Below, one piece after another: positions 7,721 to 16,377 of a stretch of 37,116 nt of DNA; position 1 is the first letter of the stretch; every line of letters starts with the position of its first letter. The notes under the pieces were generated by a model. It searched no databases and was not told the origin of the DNA. It saw only the letters and a list, made by a program, of their open reading frames with translations. The position numbers and the translations under genes are program-made. The stretch comes from a bacterium (GTDB taxonomy: Bacteria > Hydrothermota > Tepidihabitantia > Tepidihabitantales > Tepidihabitantaceae), in the NCBI GenBank assembly GCA_046484845.1, contig JAWOIB010000068.1, positions 1 through 37,116 on the forward strand, written 5' to 3'.

Positions 7721-9489
7721 ACCCATCACCACCGGCGAGGAGCGGAAGGGCGTCTGTTCTTCTGCTCCTCGCCCTTGCAGCATTTCACCCTGTGGTCGGG
7801 CCGGGAGCGCGGGCGGAGCAGCTCCACCAACTGCTTCAGGTCGAAGGTAGCGCAGAGGAGACAGCTCGTTTCCTTGCCGACCTCGGTATCCCCTTCAAGT
7901 CGGATACCGTGTACGTGTTTGTCATCCCGCCGATGGTTGCGGCGAGGCTGGAGGGCGCGGTCAACCCTTTCATACGCCTCCTCCGCAAGACTGGAGTACA
8001 GGCGGATATCATGGTTCTGGCCGTGCACAACCGAAGACGCGCAGCCGAGAGATACCTGGAAAGAAGGAACTTTGCCGCTGACCACATCCGGGTCACGGAC
8101 GAACGGTTCCTGGAAGCATTCGTCCTCTCCGCAGGTTCCTTGCAGAGCCCGTTTGCCACCAAGTTCTGCGTTGAGAGCGGGGAGCTGATTTCGTCCTACT
8201 CTCTGCTCGGTGTTGTAGATTCGGCAACGGTTGCCCGGTTCGTTGCCGATTCCTCTCGACCCAGGGCACTGAGACCCGAGGCGAAAGATACGGTCATCCG
8301 AAAGACTGGCGGTGATCCGCTCCAACCCGCAAGACGGATGAGACTCCTCGACACGGACACGTCTCCATTGTCCACCGCTTACTACCTGAGCATCAACCCG
8401 TCCGGTTCTCGCCTCGCTCTGCGTGATGACCTGACGAATCACATCTTTGTCTTCGACCTTGCCACGGGTGAACTGGACAATGTCCTGTATCCCGATTCCA
8501 GCGAAGAGACGATGTTTGTCAGCGCCGAGGTTCCGGGAGCGGTGCTCTCCTGGCTGAAGAGAAACAACATCATCAACTCGATGTACTTCAGCCACGACTT
8601 CCTCGACGACTCCACGCTTACGGTCACGGCCTCGCTGCCAAGTGTCGAGATGGAAGTCAGCGGTACGGACACGAACTTCGGATATCGCAACGCGGCGGTC
8701 CTGGTAACGAAGCGTGTTCGGTCCAACAAGCCGGTGGCCTGTGCTCGCTTCACTCCTCTTCCCGATACCGTCAGCGGCGGCCGGGCGCACATTGATGCGC
8801 GTTTCGTGCGCGACGCCGGATTCATCTTCCTGCCCTTCGAAAAGGGCTGGCCGAAGACCGGGACACAGATGCTGGATGAGGACGTGCCCCCGGAGGATAA
8901 TCCCTTCTCAGGCGAGTTCTACGCGAGAGATGTGCACCAGTTTGCGGCCTACAACTACAAGGGCGAGTTCGCAGGCTTCTGGGGCAGGCTGAACGAGCGT
9001 TTCAGGAAGCTGAAGCTCGGTTACATTGCAGCCGGCGGTTTGGCCAGACGGTATGGAGACAAGTACTATCTGGCCGATGTCCATTTCTCGGGAAGAGTGT
9101 ATGTCCACAGTCAGGATGGCGCTCGGCAGGACTCGATCATCGTTTATGAAGAGCCGCCCATAGTGTTACCGGATACGGACCCGGCGAATGAGCCACTGCG
9201 CTATCTGCTGGATGCGGTCGAGATGAACTTCGGGATGATAGCCGTCGACCTTCTCATCGCCCGGAATCACTGCTTCGTCCTGCTGTTGGACCGAGGCCAA
9301 CCGGTCGTCTATCGTGCAGATGGAGCAGGTCATAACGGAGGTAAGTTCCCATTGCCGGCTCAACTGGATGGAAGTGACGTAAGACATCACCTGCTGCGCG
9401 ATACCCAGGCCGGCATTGTCGTCGTATCCCTGGCAGAGTCGGCAGACGAAACTTGGTACTGCGAGTACCTGATCCCCGACGGTTTCTGA
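7717..9489 (+). CDS. Secreted hypothetical protein (590 aa), beta-rich, possibly propeller-like
   Basis: N-terminal signal-like segment (RASVLLLLALAAFHPVVGPGARA). Blade-like segments such as YYLSINPSGSRLALRDDLTNHIFVFDLATGEL. No catalytic motif recognised. The stop codon (9487-9489) lies inside the right direct repeat. Confidence 0.65.
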   Translation: MNPSPPARSGRASVLLLLALAAFHPVVGPGARAEQLHQLLQVEGSAEETARFLADLGIPFKSDTVYVFVIPPMVAARLEGAVNPFIRLLRKTGVQADIMVLAVHNRRRAAERYLERRNFAADHIRVTDERFLEAFVLSAGSLQSPFATKFCVESGELISSYSLLGVVDSATVARFVADSSRPRALRPEAKDTVIRKTGGDPLQPARRMRLLDTDTSPLSTAYYLSINPSGSRLALRDDLTNHIFVFDLATGELDNVLYPDSSEETMFVSAEVPGAVLSWLKRNNIINSMYFSHDFLDDSTLTVTASLPSVEMEVSGTDTNFGYRNAAVLVTKRVRSNKPVACARFTPLPDTVSGGRAHIDARFVRDAGFIFLPFEKGWPKTGTQMLDEDVPPEDNPFSGEFYARDVHQFAAYNYKGEFAGFWGRLNERFRKLKLGYIAAGGLARRYGDKYYLADVHFSGRVYVHSQDGARQDSIIVYEEPPIVLPDTDPANEPLRYLLDAVEMNFGMIAVDLLIARNHCFVLLLDRGQPVVYRADGAGHNGGKFPLPAQLDGSDVRHHLLRDTQAGIVVVSLAESADETWYCEYLIPDGF

Positions 9490-9578
9490 CCGACGCCCTT
9501 GCCGCGGAACTGCGCCGTTCGCTGGCCACCGCGGGCCGGGTCAGCTGTTGACGACTACCTTACCGGTCAGCACCCGGT
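9485..9578. repeat. Right copy of the 94-bp direct repeat (the real peptidase 3' end plus a relic of the malQ 3' end)
   Basis: See 7105-7198. The plus frame still reads ALAAELRRSLATAGRVSC-stop, a relic of the malQ C-terminus. Confidence 0.9.
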
Positions 9579-11469
9579 CCCCAACCCGCAGCCGCAGCCA
9601 GTAGACTCCGGCCGCCAGCCGGCTGCCGTCCAGCCGGACCCGGTGCCGACCCGCAGGCTGCACCCCGGCCGCCAGCACCGCTACCCGGCGGCCCGCCGCG
9701 TCGTGCAGCTCGAGCGCCACCGGTCCGGCCAGTGACAGGTCGTACCGCACCCAGCCGGCCCCGCCCAGCGGGTTGGGCCGCGCGCCGTGCAGCGCCAACG
9801 CCGGCGGCGCCGGCTCACTGGCCAGCCCGGTCCCGGGCAGCACGTACACCGAGTCCTCGACCTTGTTGTCGGTCGGGTCGTCGTCGATGCCGAGCTCGGT
9901 CGAACAGCTGGTCGCGTGCCAGCCCTGCCCTGGCGCGGTCCAGGATGCGAACGCCACCGTGTCGGTCATCCCGCTCGGCACCGTCACCTGCCGCCGGTCC
10001 GAGTACCCGACCCCGATGCGGAACCGGACGTCGAAGGTCTCGTTCCGGTCTCCGGAGTTGCGGACGACCGCCCTGGGCACGACGACCGCGCCCGAATCCA
10101 CCGTGTCGCGCGGCGCGAGTATCGCCGATGCCCCGACGTTGTGCAGCGCCACCCGGGTCGTACAGTAACGGGCGTTGTTGGCCGGGTACTGGTCTCCGGC
10201 CAGCCGGGTCGAACAGGAAACCGCGTACGGGCCGGGTACGCCCGGTGCCATCCAGGGCGGGAAAACCAGCTCGTACTTGCTGCCGGGCGGCTGGCTGACA
10301 ACCCCGAGTGTCGAATCGTAGGTCGTGCCGATGCGCAGCCGGACAGTGTAACTCTCGGTCGTGGTACCGTAGTTCTGCACCGAACAGACCGGCGCCACTA
10401 ACAGCCCCCGCTCGACCAGCGGCAGCATCACCAGCGCCGCCACCCCGACATCCCGCACCGGGGCCGGGTTGTTCTTCACCCGAACCATCATACTGTCCGT
10501 CACCAGGTTGCCGGCCCGGTCCGATGCGGCCACGATTATCCAGTAGGGCCCGTCCGGTACCGCGGTCGTGTTCCAATGACCCAGCGAGTCCTGCGCCTGG
10601 ATGAGCGAGTCACCGTTGGTGTTGGTGAAGATGAAGTAGTAGCGTCGGTTGAGCGAGTCGTAATCGCACCGGGTCGGGCAGACCCCATCCTGCTTGTACA
10701 CCACCCGCGACTGCACGCGGGTGTACCCGTCGAGCGAGTCGGTGAACTCGAACCCGCGCGTCGGCGGCACGACGGTGTTGCCGACGCTGTCCCGGATGGT
10801 GAACATGATGCGGTGGACGTTGACCTTCCAGAGCCGGTGGTTGACGCGGTCCTCGAGCCGGCAGATCAGGTCCACCCGGCCGTACACGCTATCCTTGCCC
10901 TGGTAGTTCGAAGTGTTGTCGGTGCAGATCGCGAACCGCTGGTTGGGGTAGGCGTCGAGGAAGTTCGGCACAATCGAGTCGCCGTACGGTACGAGGTCCA
11001 ACAGCGGGTTGCGGAAGAAACCGCCGTAACTGGACCAAGGCTGGCCGGAGTTTCGGTTCCAGGAAAAATGATTGTGGTGGAAGTTCGCCACCGGCCAGTT
11101 GACAATCATCGCCAGCGTGTCGCCGACCCGCACCGTGTCGCCGACCTGCACCCGGATGGTCGTCGGGTCAACGTGGTAGTACATCAGCCCGTGGCAGAAC
11201 GCGGTCCCGGCCGAGTCCGCCACGGTCAACCCGTTGTACAGCGGGTTGGCGTTCGTCCATATCTGCTTCACGTACCCGGCCTTGATCGCCACGCAGGGCG
11301 CCATCGAGACGGTCATGATGTCTATCCCGTTGTGCAGGTACGGGCTGCCGCCATAGTCCTGGTAGTTGCCCCAGTAGTTGCCGACGTGGTGCGGCTGGTT
11401 GGTCGGAAAATGCGGCCAGGGCAGGCCGAAGGCGACAGTAGCAATACAGAGCAGCGCCAGGCCTCTCAT
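9541..11469 (-). CDS. M23-family metallopeptidase with CARDB/Ig-like repeats and a T9SS C-terminal sorting domain
   Basis: Signal peptide MRGLALLCIATVAFG. M23 motifs YLHNGIDI (HxxxD) and NFHHNHF (HxH). The C-terminus ...RVRLDGSRLAAGVYWLRLRVGDRVLTGKVVVNS is typical of Por/T9SS tails. ATG 11469 overlaps the upstream stop (ATGA). Confidence 0.8.
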   Translation of the reverse strand: MRGLALLCIATVAFGLPWPHFPTNQPHHVGNYWGNYQDYGGSPYLHNGIDIMTVSMAPCVAIKAGYVKQIWTNANPLYNGLTVADSAGTAFCHGLMYYHVDPTTIRVQVGDTVRVGDTLAMIVNWPVANFHHNHFSWNRNSGQPWSSYGGFFRNPLLDLVPYGDSIVPNFLDAYPNQRFAICTDNTSNYQGKDSVYGRVDLICRLEDRVNHRLWKVNVHRIMFTIRDSVGNTVVPPTRGFEFTDSLDGYTRVQSRVVYKQDGVCPTRCDYDSLNRRYYFIFTNTNGDSLIQAQDSLGHWNTTAVPDGPYWIIVAASDRAGNLVTDSMMVRVKNNPAPVRDVGVAALVMLPLVERGLLVAPVCSVQNYGTTTESYTVRLRIGTTYDSTLGVVSQPPGSKYELVFPPWMAPGVPGPYAVSCSTRLAGDQYPANNARYCTTRVALHNVGASAILAPRDTVDSGAVVVPRAVVRNSGDRNETFDVRFRIGVGYSDRRQVTVPSGMTDTVAFASWTAPGQGWHATSCSTELGIDDDPTDNKVEDSVYVLPGTGLASEPAPPALALHGARPNPLGGAGWVRYDLSLAGPVALELHDAAGRRVAVLAAGVQPAGRHRVRLDGSRLAAGVYWLRLRVGDRVLTGKVVVNS

Positions 11470-12404
11470 CTCTCATCCCCCAACCCGTAGGTTTCCAGCT
11501 CCTCGACCGTCTCGACCGTGATTGCTCCTGCCGGCCCGAAACGCACCTTCGGGCTGAACGCGTTCCAGCGCTCGTGGGTCAGTTCCTGCCGCCAGGCTTC
11601 GGTCCCGTCCGCGGCCAGCAGCAACACCGCCATCCGGCCGTGCGCCTTGCCCAACCCGACCAGCACCCGGCCGTCCTCGGCCAGATCCAGCGACACCGGT
11701 TCCGGGTCCGCCGGGCCCGGCCGCCAGCTCAGCAATTCCATCAGGTCATCAGTCTGGAACACCCTGAGCCCGTGCCGCTCGACGTACCCGGCCCGCCCGC
11801 CGTCCGGCGAAAACCGCAGTTCCCGGACCAGCGGGCCCGCCAGCCGCGCCCTGGCCTGCTCGACCCCGTCCCGGTACAGCACCAGCGCCTCCTCGCGGAC
11901 CAGCACGACCTGCCGGCCGTCGGCCGACACTGCGAACCCGCTCGCCGGTCCGAGGTCGTACAACTCCCGACCGGCGCTGGTGAACACCCGCACCCCGGCC
12001 CGGCCGTCGTTGACGCAGAACACGCTCCCGTCCCCGGAGAACTCCTGCCCGCCGTAGAACCCGATATCGGCCCTACCGAGTTCCTCCCCGGCCGGGTCGA
12101 AGAACCGAAGCCGGGCCCGGCCCGAAACCGGCCCGTCGAACTCCGCCCCGACCACGACGCCCTGGTCGCTGATCACCAGCGTGGTAATGCCCTCCCCGGG
12201 CCGCGCGTACACCAGCCTGCTGTCCGCGTCATACAGCTCGAACCGGCTGAACGGCACGAAGTCGGTCAGCCGCGTCTCGTACTCCACCTCTGCGCGGTAC
12301 GCCCGGCCCGGCGAATGGAAGGTGCGCCCGTCGTGCGCGAGCGGGGTCCGGCTCAACGACGCCGGCGCCGATGCCAGCGTCGCAAGGATGATTAGTGATG
12401 TCAT
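11466..12404 (-). CDS. Secreted hypothetical protein, beta-propeller-like repeats
   Basis: 312 aa with an N-terminal hydrophobic signal (MTSLIILATLASAPA). Repeated strand-turn segments (SADGRQVVL, SPDGGRAGY, AEDGRVLVG). SD AGGAG upstream. Translationally coupled to the M23 gene. Confidence 0.65.
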   Translation of the reverse strand: MTSLIILATLASAPASLSRTPLAHDGRTFHSPGRAYRAEVEYETRLTDFVPFSRFELYDADSRLVYARPGEGITTLVISDQGVVVGAEFDGPVSGRARLRFFDPAGEELGRADIGFYGGQEFSGDGSVFCVNDGRAGVRVFTSAGRELYDLGPASGFAVSADGRQVVLVREEALVLYRDGVEQARARLAGPLVRELRFSPDGGRAGYVERHGLRVFQTDDLMELLSWRPGPADPEPVSLDLAEDGRVLVGLGKAHGRMAVLLLAADGTEAWRQELTHERWNAFSPKVRFGPAGAITVETVEELETYGLGDER

Positions 12405-12466
12405 TGCTGCTCCTCTCGAATCATTCTCGGCCGTTTGGCAAGTTCGTCAATACCCGGCCGAAGGGG

Positions 12467-12492
12467 CGGGCCGGGCGCTCTGTCGCGCCCGG
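12467..12492 (-). terminator. GC-rich hairpin downstream of the VIT/vWA gene
   Basis: 10-bp stem gggccgggcg / cgcccggccc with a 6-nt loop, 23 nt after the stop at 12515. There is no clear U-tract. Confidence 0.35.
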
Positions 12493-12514
12493 CCCTGCGG
12501 AGGCCCTGCGGAGG

Positions 12515-14851
12515 TCAGGTCTGGAAGCCGAGCACGACCACCACCATCGCACCACGCCCGACTTCGAGGTCAAACTTCAGCCCGCCCAGCAGCCGCTTCA
12601 CCGCCTCGCACAATCCCCGGCTCAGCGCCTGCTTCGGGAACTCCACCTTCTTCACCGCCCCGTCCGCTCCGACCGTCAACCAGGCGGACAGCTCTCCCGC
12701 CAGTCCCGGGTTCGCAACCAGCTCGACCGCGTAGGCCGCCGCCAGCCCGGGCCGCAGACCCTTGACCGCCTCCTCCACGTCCATCGCCAGCACCGCAGCG
12801 TCGGCCGACCCGATGCCGGTCACCTTGACGCTTCTGACGCTGACCGCGGGCGCGGACCGCTCGCCGGCCGTTTCGCTCGGCGCGGGCGAAACCGGCTCCT
12901 GCGCGTACCCCCGGCCGGCCTTGCCCACCAGCCCCGGCACCGCGGTACGCGAGGCACCGGCGGTCGCATCGAGCGCGTACTCGGATACACCCTGGGGCAG
13001 CGGCAACGGCTGCTTGACCACCTCCGGCCGGCCATTGACGGTCCGCACCCGGGTGTCAACCGCCACGAACGAGGTCAACCGGGTCAGCAGGTTGTACTTC
13101 AGCCCGAGCGCGAGGATCTCCTCGTTCCGCTTCGGGTCGTTCCGGACGCTGTTGTAATCGTCAAGCAACTGGATGCGGTGCCGGGCCCAGAGATAGCGGA
13201 GCGCGGCGTTACCCGCACTCGCCGCGGTCCGGCTTGCCTCCAGCACCTGCCGGTAACTGCCCCGGCCGCTCCGGCCGGTAACGACGATTCTTCCCTGCGG
13301 CCGGCCCCGGTACTTCCCGAACACGATCACCGGCCGCTCCGCCAGCACGTCCGGGACCCCGGCCGGCTCCACGTCGTAGGCATCGAACCCCTCGAACCGG
13401 AGCCGGACCCCGGTCAGCACCGGCGTCGCGACGTACTTCCGGAACCGCTCCGCCTCGGCCGGGGCCGCGCGCTGGTCGGTGATGATGAACGGCTCGCCCA
13501 TCCCGACCCGGGCCAGCCCCTCGACCAAGTGCCGGTTCACGCTCGAGCCGATGCCGAACGCAAACAGGTTGGCGTCCCCGAGGCTGTTCCGGACCAGGTC
13601 GAACGCCTCCGCCTCGACCGTTACGTACCCGTCGGTCACGATCACCACCGAGCGCGATATCCCCTCGGTGCGCGGCAGCGCCAGCGCCCGCTTCAGCGCG
13701 GGCAGCATCTCGGTCCCGCCGCCGCCCCGCTGCTCCTCGATGAGTTGCACCGCCCGCGCCAAGTTGGCCTCGGTCGCGGCTACCGACTTCTCCGCCATCA
13801 CCGAGTTCCGGCTCTCAAACAACAGCACGTTGAACCGGTCCGACGGTCTGAGCCCGGTGATCAGGTCGCGCAGCAGCTTCTTCGAAATGTCCAGCGGAAA
13901 CCCGTACATCGAGCCGGAAACGTCCACGATGAAGATGTACTCACGGCCCGGGATGTCCTCCTTCGCTACCCGCTTCGGCGGCTGGACCATCGCCAGGAAG
14001 AAGTTCTCCTGCTCGCCCGGGAAGAGCAACAGCCCGCTCTCGACCCTGCTCCCGGCCAGCCGGTAGCGCAGGATGAAATCCCGGTTGCCGCCGTCGCGCT
14101 CGTCCCCGGCCAGCCGGCAGCTCGCGGTCGCCGGGCCGTCGTACTTGATGAGCGTCCGGTGGCTCGGGCAGGTCATCTCCGCAATCGCCATCCCGGCCCG
14201 CAGCCGCACACCGACCTCGAATCCATAGGGCGCGGACTCGCCCTCGCGCAGGTACGGATTCTCCACCCAGCGCTCGCTGTCCGGCGCGCCGGCCGCCGGC
14301 TGGTTCGAATAGCGCGGCCCGACCACCGCCGGGTACGCGAACTCGTACACCCCCTCGACCGGCACCAGCAGCTCGGTGTAGGACAGCTCGACCACGACCG
14401 TGTCGCCGGGCAGGATGTTGCCGACGTTCATCTGGAACACGTTCGGCCGCTGCTGCTCCAGCAGCGAGGCGGTTCGACCCTGCTCCAGCGCCTGCTCGTA
14501 GTTCCGCCGGGCCTGCTCCCGTTCCTGCACCTCGGCCACGACAACCCGCTCCCCGATGGTCATCTTCATCCCGTACACCGCGGCCCGGGTCGAGGCCGGG
14601 AACACGTACACCGCCTCGATCGGCTTCTTCCCTCCGTTCCGGTACTTCTGCACGACCCGCACGTCCGCAATCACCCCGGCGATGTCCACGTCCGCGCCGG
14701 CAGCTATCAACGGCAGCTTCTCGGTCCCCGGGTCGCCGCCGGGAATGAAGAAATACGGCGACAGCGTCCGGTCCTCTGCCGGCCCTGCGGTCAGCGTCCC
14801 GGGCGCGAGGCCCAGCGCCAGGACGATTGCGAGCACGAGCGATTTCGACAT
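12515..14851 (-). CDS. VIT-domain and von Willebrand factor A-domain secreted protein
   Basis: 778 aa with a signal peptide. VIT-like N-terminus (LSPYFFIPGGD...LPL...VDIAGVIADVRVVQKY.N). vWA MIDAS motif IFIVDVSGSM. SD GGAGGT upstream of ATG 14851. Confidence 0.88.
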   Translation of the reverse strand: MSKSLVLAIVLALGLAPGTLTAGPAEDRTLSPYFFIPGGDPGTEKLPLIAAGADVDIAGVIADVRVVQKYRNGGKKPIEAVYVFPASTRAAVYGMKMTIGERVVVAEVQEREQARRNYEQALEQGRTASLLEQQRPNVFQMNVGNILPGDTVVVELSYTELLVPVEGVYEFAYPAVVGPRYSNQPAAGAPDSERWVENPYLREGESAPYGFEVGVRLRAGMAIAEMTCPSHRTLIKYDGPATASCRLAGDERDGGNRDFILRYRLAGSRVESGLLLFPGEQENFFLAMVQPPKRVAKEDIPGREYIFIVDVSGSMYGFPLDISKKLLRDLITGLRPSDRFNVLLFESRNSVMAEKSVAATEANLARAVQLIEEQRGGGGTEMLPALKRALALPRTEGISRSVVIVTDGYVTVEAEAFDLVRNSLGDANLFAFGIGSSVNRHLVEGLARVGMGEPFIITDQRAAPAEAERFRKYVATPVLTGVRLRFEGFDAYDVEPAGVPDVLAERPVIVFGKYRGRPQGRIVVTGRSGRGSYRQVLEASRTAASAGNAALRYLWARHRIQLLDDYNSVRNDPKRNEEILALGLKYNLLTRLTSFVAVDTRVRTVNGRPEVVKQPLPLPQGVSEYALDATAGASRTAVPGLVGKAGRGYAQEPVSPAPSETAGERSAPAVSVRSVKVTGIGSADAAVLAMDVEEAVKGLRPGLAAAYAVELVANPGLAGELSAWLTVGADGAVKKVEFPKQALSRGLCEAVKRLLGGLKFDLEVGRGAMVVVVLGFQT

Positions 14852-15048
14852 GGATTACCTCCGGTTATGCCCGATATACCGGCCCGCCCCCGGAGATTAT
14901 TCCCGGCAACCTCGTTGACCGCTCGCCGCTCCGGCCAGGTCTACCTCGGCGCGGTCAGCTTCGCGGGTGAAACGGTCCGGGTGCGGCTGGTCCTGGCCCG
15001 CTAGGTTCCGGGCTCAACGCCCGGCCGTGGCCGCGCGGAAACCGCCGG

Positions 15049-15780
15049 TCATTCTCCCGGCACCAGCTTACCCTTGAAATCGTACCGCGTGTCGGTCGGG
15101 TCGCGCTGGTACCACCAAGCCTCGCCGTTGTTGATATCCTTGCACTCCGCGAACAGCCGGTCTATGTCCCGGGCCGGGGTCTTCTCCAGCCAGTACTTGA
15201 ACCCCACCATCAGCCGGCCGTGGGTAACGAGCAGGACATCCTTGCCCGCCCGCGCCCGGCGGACCGAGTTCAGAAATATGTGCACCCGCTGCCAGGCGTC
15301 GGCGATGCTCTCGCCCCCGGGCGGCCGGGCATAGACCGGCCCGACCAACAGCTCGTACCGTTCCCACCACGGGAACAGGTTCCTGCCCTCGTGCACGGTC
15401 AGCGCGTAGGGATACCCGGCGTCGCGCTCGCGCAGGTCGAGGTGCGACCGGCGCTTACCCTCCGCCCGCTCCGTCTCGGGAAAGGCCTCCAGCACGAGGT
15501 CCAGCGTCTCTATCGCGCGCCGGTAGCCTGAATCGTAGTAGTAGTTGAACTGCCCGAACTCCCACCGCTCACGGATCAGGCGGCCGATGAACCGGGCCTG
15601 TTCCCTGCCCTTCTCGGTGAGCGGGAGCTCGTGGTCGGGCCTGCCGGCTAGCAGCGCGATGTCCCCGGCGGTGTTGAAGAACCGGCCGGTCCGGCCCGCC
15701 GCGTTGGCCGGGGTCTGACCGTGCCGGACAATAACGATGTTGCGGACGTGCTGGTACTCAGTGACAGAATTGTCGTTCAT
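15049..15780 (-). CDS. Histidine phosphatase superfamily protein (phosphoglycerate-mutase-like)
   Basis: IVIVRHGQT (RHG catalytic motif), a second His in LLVTHGRL, and YDSGYRRAIET. Confidence 0.85.
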   Translation of the reverse strand: MNDNSVTEYQHVRNIVIVRHGQTPANAAGRTGRFFNTAGDIALLAGRPDHELPLTEKGREQARFIGRLIRERWEFGQFNYYYDSGYRRAIETLDLVLEAFPETERAEGKRRSHLDLRERDAGYPYALTVHEGRNLFPWWERYELLVGPVYARPPGGESIADAWQRVHIFLNSVRRARAGKDVLLVTHGRLMVGFKYWLEKTPARDIDRLFAECKDINNGEAWWYQRDPTDTRYDFKGKLVPGE

Positions 15781-16011
15781 CTGCTACCTCGCTGTCGGTA
15801 TCGGGCCCAGGTCGCTGCGCGGCCCGGGAACTTCCCTGCTTCGGATACCCGACGTGGCTCGGAATCAACGCCTCGGCCATCGGCCCGACTGACCCCACCG
15901 CCCGGCCCGGTGCCCTCTGCGCCGTCAGCCGGGCTGTGTCCCCGCACCTGCGGACGCGGCTGACCCGGTTCGGGTAACTAGCGATGACCCGGCTCCGCCC
16001 TCATCAGCGTG

Positions 16012-16039
16012 AGTATAACCCGGCGGCCCGGGCTGTCAA
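16012..16039 (-). promoter_or_regulatory. Near-consensus sigma70-like promoter about 225 nt upstream of the phosphatase gene
   Basis: Minus strand: TTGACA (16039-16034), a 16-nt spacer, TATACT (16017-16012). Confidence 0.45.
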
Positions 16040-16377
16040 CCCCGTCCCCCACCCGGGTGATGCCACAGGGATTATGTCAGTTCTGACGTGCAGCCGGCGG
16101 TCGCCGGGTCGTTTGGCTACGCTGGATGTATGGCAGAAACCCGGGTTCCGCTCACGGAGCGAAAGCCGAACCGACTCAGCGTCATCGCGAGGGCCTTACC
16201 GCGGGCCTGCCGTGTACAGCGCGGCCGATACCTTCAGGCCGAAACCCGTCATCCCACCCGAATTACCCATGACCCATGATGCCAATTGCCATCCATCGAG
16301 TTGAAATGAATATCCGGCTAACTCCTTGTGTTGTCTGCGTTTCATCCGCATCCGAATTTCCCCCCTCCCCTACCCCC

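Larger units (their letters stand above)
7199..9484. mobile_element. Low-GC inserted islet between the direct repeats; no recombinase gene visible
   Basis: Hand-counted GC: 32/60 (8401-8460) and 30/60 (9061-9120), against 47/60 in both flanks (6601-6660 and 9601-9660). It splits what would otherwise be a convergent, overlapping malQ/peptidase gene junction. Confidence 0.45.

Noticed and set aside
12491-12512. Perfect tandem duplication of an 11-mer (gccctgcggag x2) immediately after the VIT/vWA stop codon.
   Set aside because: It has only two copies, sits between the stop and the terminator hairpin, and shows no further structure. It is most simply a small replication-slippage duplication.
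12395-15004. Very long ORFs antisense to well-supported genes: 12395..15004 (869 aa), 2149..3840, 4212..5357, 17211..19367, 19644..21476, 29791..30909, 33224..34762 and many shorter ones.
   Set aside because: They are Arg/Pro/Gly/Ala-rich low-complexity translations, as expected from stop-poor antisense frames at ~70% GC. The opposite strand in each case encodes a protein with clear family motifs.
16000-16007. CUGAUGAG (hammerhead ribozyme core) on the minus strand just downstream of the 16012-16039 promoter, followed later by GAAC.
   Set aside because: One 8-mer hit is expected by chance in 74 kb of two-strand sequence. Stem II would be only 3 bp. The conserved GAAA with its A15.1-U16.1 pair is replaced by GAAC.
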